Assembly: GCA_050331735.1 (NCBI GenBank)
Contig: JBHJGN010000081.1
Coordinates: 1 to 30,995, forward strand
Source of the DNA: Cyanophyceae cyanobacterium
GTDB taxonomy: Bacteria > Cyanobacteriota > Cyanobacteriia > Cyanobacteriales > JBHJGN01
DNA: 30,995 nt
Direction: 5' to 3'
Shown: piece after piece, positions 29,746-30,995 of the stretch
Layout of the letters: each line of letters begins with the position of its first letter
Position numbering within the stretch: position 1 is the first letter of the stretch
Notes under the pieces: model-generated
The model's input: the letters and a program-made list of their open reading frames with translations, nothing else
Databases searched by the model: none
Told to the model about the DNA's origin: nothing
Position numbers and translations under genes: made by a program

Positions 29746-29943
29746 TGAGAGTTTTGAGTTGTGCCACTGCAATCTCTATCGTCAAGCCTAACTGTTCTTA
29801 AGGTTTGGGGCGAAGCTGCAACTTCAGTTCCTCCAAAGATGGTATCTCAAATTGAATCACTTGCCATTTGTGGCAAAATTCAGCAATTTTTGCCATTGGT
29901 AGTTCAACAGAAATGCTTTTTATGTCAAGATAACCTTTACGTT

Positions 29944-30523
29944 TTATGCATCAAGCTCTACATTTTCGTAGAGATCCGCTAAACGAATTTCACAAGGAAT
30001 TGAAGAGAGCGAAATCATCGATTCAGCATCGTTGTATTCAGTAAAAATCCATTGGTGAGGATTGGTTTGAAAGTATTGCTTAGCATGAATACTGTATTGA
30101 TTGACTAAAAGATATTCTTGAAAAGTTAGAATTGTACGATACGCTGTAAATTTTTCGTCTCGATCGTAGCTCTGAGTAGATTTGGAAAGCACTTCAGCAA
30201 TCATGATTGGGTTGATGATTGTGTCCGTTCGTCCCTATTGCCTTTTGAGTGGGCGAGGCACAACCATTACGTTTGGATAGGTGTAAAGCGTGCGGTCGGG
30301 AATCCAAAGCCGTTAATCTGCCACAAAAATACTGTACGGTTGCCCTTTCAAACTAACTCTTAAGGCAGCGTTAAGAATCCTGGCAATTTCATTATGTTCG
30401 GGAGTGCCACCAGTTATGGGGACGATTTCTCCATTGATATACTCATGTCGAGTATTTGAACTCACCTCAAACTCAAGCTACTCTTCGGATGTATCAATCT
30501 TTTTCTCTTCAATGTGCACGATC
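29944..30523 (-). pseudogene. Uma2 family endonuclease pseudogene
   Basis: RHEYINGEI..GGTPEHN..YTYP..IAEVLS.ST..YDR..KF..Y in one frame with three internal stops (~30478, ~30313, ~30236). Confidence 0.85.
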
Positions 30524-30619
30524 GTAAGTTTTTCACCCCCAAGGCTTCAAGTTGTTGCTATTGCTTCATCGGTTCTGTTTGCTTGTTTTCCCTCTCGCCC
30601 AAAATCCACGTCCTACTTC

Positions 30620-30858
30620 ACCTAATTGCGACTGAGAGAAATCGGTGCTAAGCTGCACCTTCGGCGGCAAATCTCTGGTTCTAGATGTTTCCTGTGTTTC
30701 GGTGGGAAAGAATTCTCCGATTACCGTCTGGAAAAATTGCCGACCGTTTTGAGCTTCATCCTGATTGGGCAATTGAAATTCTTTCTCCTAAACAGCCACA
30801 AACAACTGTATTAGACAATTTGCTGCACTGTTCTAGCTGTGGAACTGAACTTGGGTGG
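30620..30858 (+). pseudogene. Degraded Uma2 fragment interrupted by a tnpB element
   Basis: VFRWERI..PDWAIEILSP.Q..T..LLHC..GTELGW, frameshifted upstream; 5' boundary approximate. Confidence 0.7.
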
Positions 30859-30995
30859 ATGAACTACCCCTGCTTACTTCGTTGAAGCAGGGGTTTCTAG
30901 CTTCGCAGGAAATTGCCTTGTCTTAGTCTTGCGACCGCGAGTTGGTCTGACATTTCCTCCACTAGCAGAGACGGGTGTTCCCTCCGTCTTTAGTA
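30859..30995 (-). mobile_element. tnpB: Right end and tnpB C-terminus/omegaRNA region of an IS200/IS605-family element
   Basis: Minus strand reads ..EGTPVSASGGNVRPTRGRK..KLETPASTK* (stop 30874), hairpin ACCCCTGCTT..AAGCAGGGGT, end GTAGTTCAT. Confidence 0.75.

Overview
Cyanobacterial DNA (frequent HIP1 GCGATCGC sites, photosynthesis and nitrogen-control genes). Left ~18.4 kb: an accessory defence region next to the 3' end of tRNA-Phe. It holds a Uma2 nuclease, a two-gene CBASS (intact NucC; CD-NTase broken by a 5-bp duplication), a membrane/coiled-coil/receiver-like protein, and a nine-gene type III-D CRISPR interference operon whose Cas10 keeps GGDD but has no recognisable HD domain. It also holds a dead tnpB element with an IS630 nested in it, two related 57-bp hairpin insertions, and a 4-repeat CRISPR array fused at a HIP1 site to a truncated E2/JAB ubiquitin-like module. 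Right ~12.6 kb: mostly housekeeping (bciB, mgtE, glgA, rpsD, moaA, GNAT, ppsA), plus a MITE, a glutamine riboswitch ahead of two small genes missing from the ORF track (GS-inactivating factor, pirA), Uma2 pseudogenes and the right end of a second tnpB element. Best candidates for new biology: (i) type III-D signalling rewired onto an orphaned CBASS NucC and/or the TM-receiver-like protein; (ii) the 57-bp flank-adapted hairpin insertions. All family calls are from motif recognition; no database search was run.
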